From assembly GCA_051382335.1 (NCBI GenBank), contig JBBCAX010000132.1, forward strand, positions 1-15,910: DNA of 15,910 nt, given 5' to 3'. The translations under genes and the position numbers were made by a program. The notes beneath the pieces are model-generated. The model was not told the origin of the DNA. It worked only from the letters and a program-made list of their open reading frames with translations, and ran no database searches. The stretch comes from Deltaproteobacteria bacterium TL4 (GTDB lineage: Bacteria > SAR324 > NAC60-12). Numbering within the stretch: position 1 is the first letter of the stretch; each line of letters starts with the position of its first letter. Shown in pieces: positions 14,937 through 15,910 of this stretch.

Positions 14937-15835
14937 TCGTAAATTCACGGCCATTATCGTGGTGGCGATTGATGTGGATCGTAAGAGGCAGCGCCATTCA
15001 GCACGTCTGGAAAACATTGCTGGTGATCACGGCGGTCGCGGTTTTGGTCACGGTTGCCCACGGCACAATCATTACCTACGTGGATGGCAAAATCTCGTTC
15101 TTCAAGGTTTCCTTAACCACAGTGCCTTTCGTGCTCATGGGCGCTCCGTTGGGGATCTTTCTTGGGTTTCGTAACAATTCGAGCTATGACCGCTTTTGGG
15201 AAGGACGCAAGTTATGGGGCCAATTGGTGAATGTTTCCCGAAGTATCACCCGTCAACTGTTTATGTTCGTCAACGCGCCTGCCGCCGAACAGGAGCGTCT
15301 TGGGAAGTTTCAACGCGAAATGGTGTATTGTTTCATCAGCTATGTCCATGCTTTGCGGATGCATTTACGCAATCAGGTGCCTTCTGACCGTCATTTCAAG
15401 GATATCATCCTGTCGGACTCACCTGAGTTTTCGATCAAAGGCAATATGGATCATTTTCAGGAATATTATCGGATGCAAGCCTTCCTGCTCGAAGCGGGGT
15501 TTACTCAGGTTGAAGCCTTTCATAATCTGCCACTGCTGCTGTTAAAACATATTGGACTGAGGTTCCGGAAAGCCTGGCTGGAACGGTGGATTCATCCTTA
15601 TCACCTTTCTCTGCTGGAACAAAGTATTACGGGGTTGACGGATATCCAGGGCGGCTGTGAACGCATCAAAAACACGCCTATTCCCTTTTCCTACACCATC
15701 TTGATGCACCGGTTGGTGGCCTCTTATTGTTTTACGCTGCCCTTTGGCCTGGTGGACACGGTAGGCATCATGACACCTTTGGTGGTTTTATTGATTTCTT
15801 ATACGTTTTTGGGCACCTTTCAAAATCCTGGATAA
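14933..15835 (+). CDS. Bestrophin family anion channel (YneE-like), apparently C-terminally truncated
   Basis: LGIFLGFRNNSSYDRFWEGRKLWGQLVNVSR, GGCERIKNTPIPFSY, FTLPFGL. Ends ISYTFLGTFQNPG* without the expected ExExPFG-D-NDLP segment. Confidence 0.88.
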   Translation: MIVNSRPLSWWRLMWIVRGSAIQHVWKTLLVITAVAVLVTVAHGTIITYVDGKISFFKVSLTTVPFVLMGAPLGIFLGFRNNSSYDRFWEGRKLWGQLVNVSRSITRQLFMFVNAPAAEQERLGKFQREMVYCFISYVHALRMHLRNQVPSDRHFKDIILSDSPEFSIKGNMDHFQEYYRMQAFLLEAGFTQVEAFHNLPLLLLKHIGLRFRKAWLERWIHPYHLSLLEQSITGLTDIQGGCERIKNTPIPFSYTILMHRLVASYCFTLPFGLVDTVGIMTPLVVLLISYTFLGTFQNPG

Positions 15836-15910
15836 GTAGTTTACAGTTTGAACGAGTCTTTGTCATTCCCGCGAACGCGGGAATCCAGAAGCTACGGACT
15901 GAAGATGGAT
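15811..15910. mobile_element. Probable MITE/REP-type insertion containing an ATTCCC-N8-GGGAAT (dRS3-like) palindrome; runs off the window end
   Basis: GTCATTCCCGCGAACGCGGGAATCCA at 15862-15887; terminal TGGAT (15906-15910) is complementary to ATCCA, i.e. the start of the return arm; bestrophin similarity stops at about 15813. Confidence 0.6.

Overview
Bacterial chromosomal window of AT-leaning housekeeping and accessory genes, with an unusually varied set of short palindromic repeats in the intergenic spaces. In order: a COOH-NH2 amidoligase (GCS/GS-like fold) carrying four tandem 59-aa internal repeats, coupled to a peptidase C26 / class I glutamine amidotransferase; convergent comM/yifB; an Rpn (PD-(D/E)XK) nuclease with a perfect 12-bp x5 repeat; a beta-rich 503-aa hypothetical protein; a small 4-TM protein; nth; an aspartate kinase resembling fungal Hom3; coaE; a DAGK/sphingosine-kinase-fold protein that appears to have lost its catalytic motifs; a sphingosine-1-phosphate lyase; an antitoxin-vapC pair translationally coupled to a bestrophin (YneE-like) gene that appears C-terminally truncated at a repeat element running off the right edge. 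No rRNA, tRNA, CRISPR array or intact IS transposase was seen. Family assignments come from motif recognition by eye, not database searches. Top leads: the pseudo-kinase beside the S1P lyase, the quadruplicated catalytic-strand module in the amidoligase, and two CAC-triplet palindromic elements.
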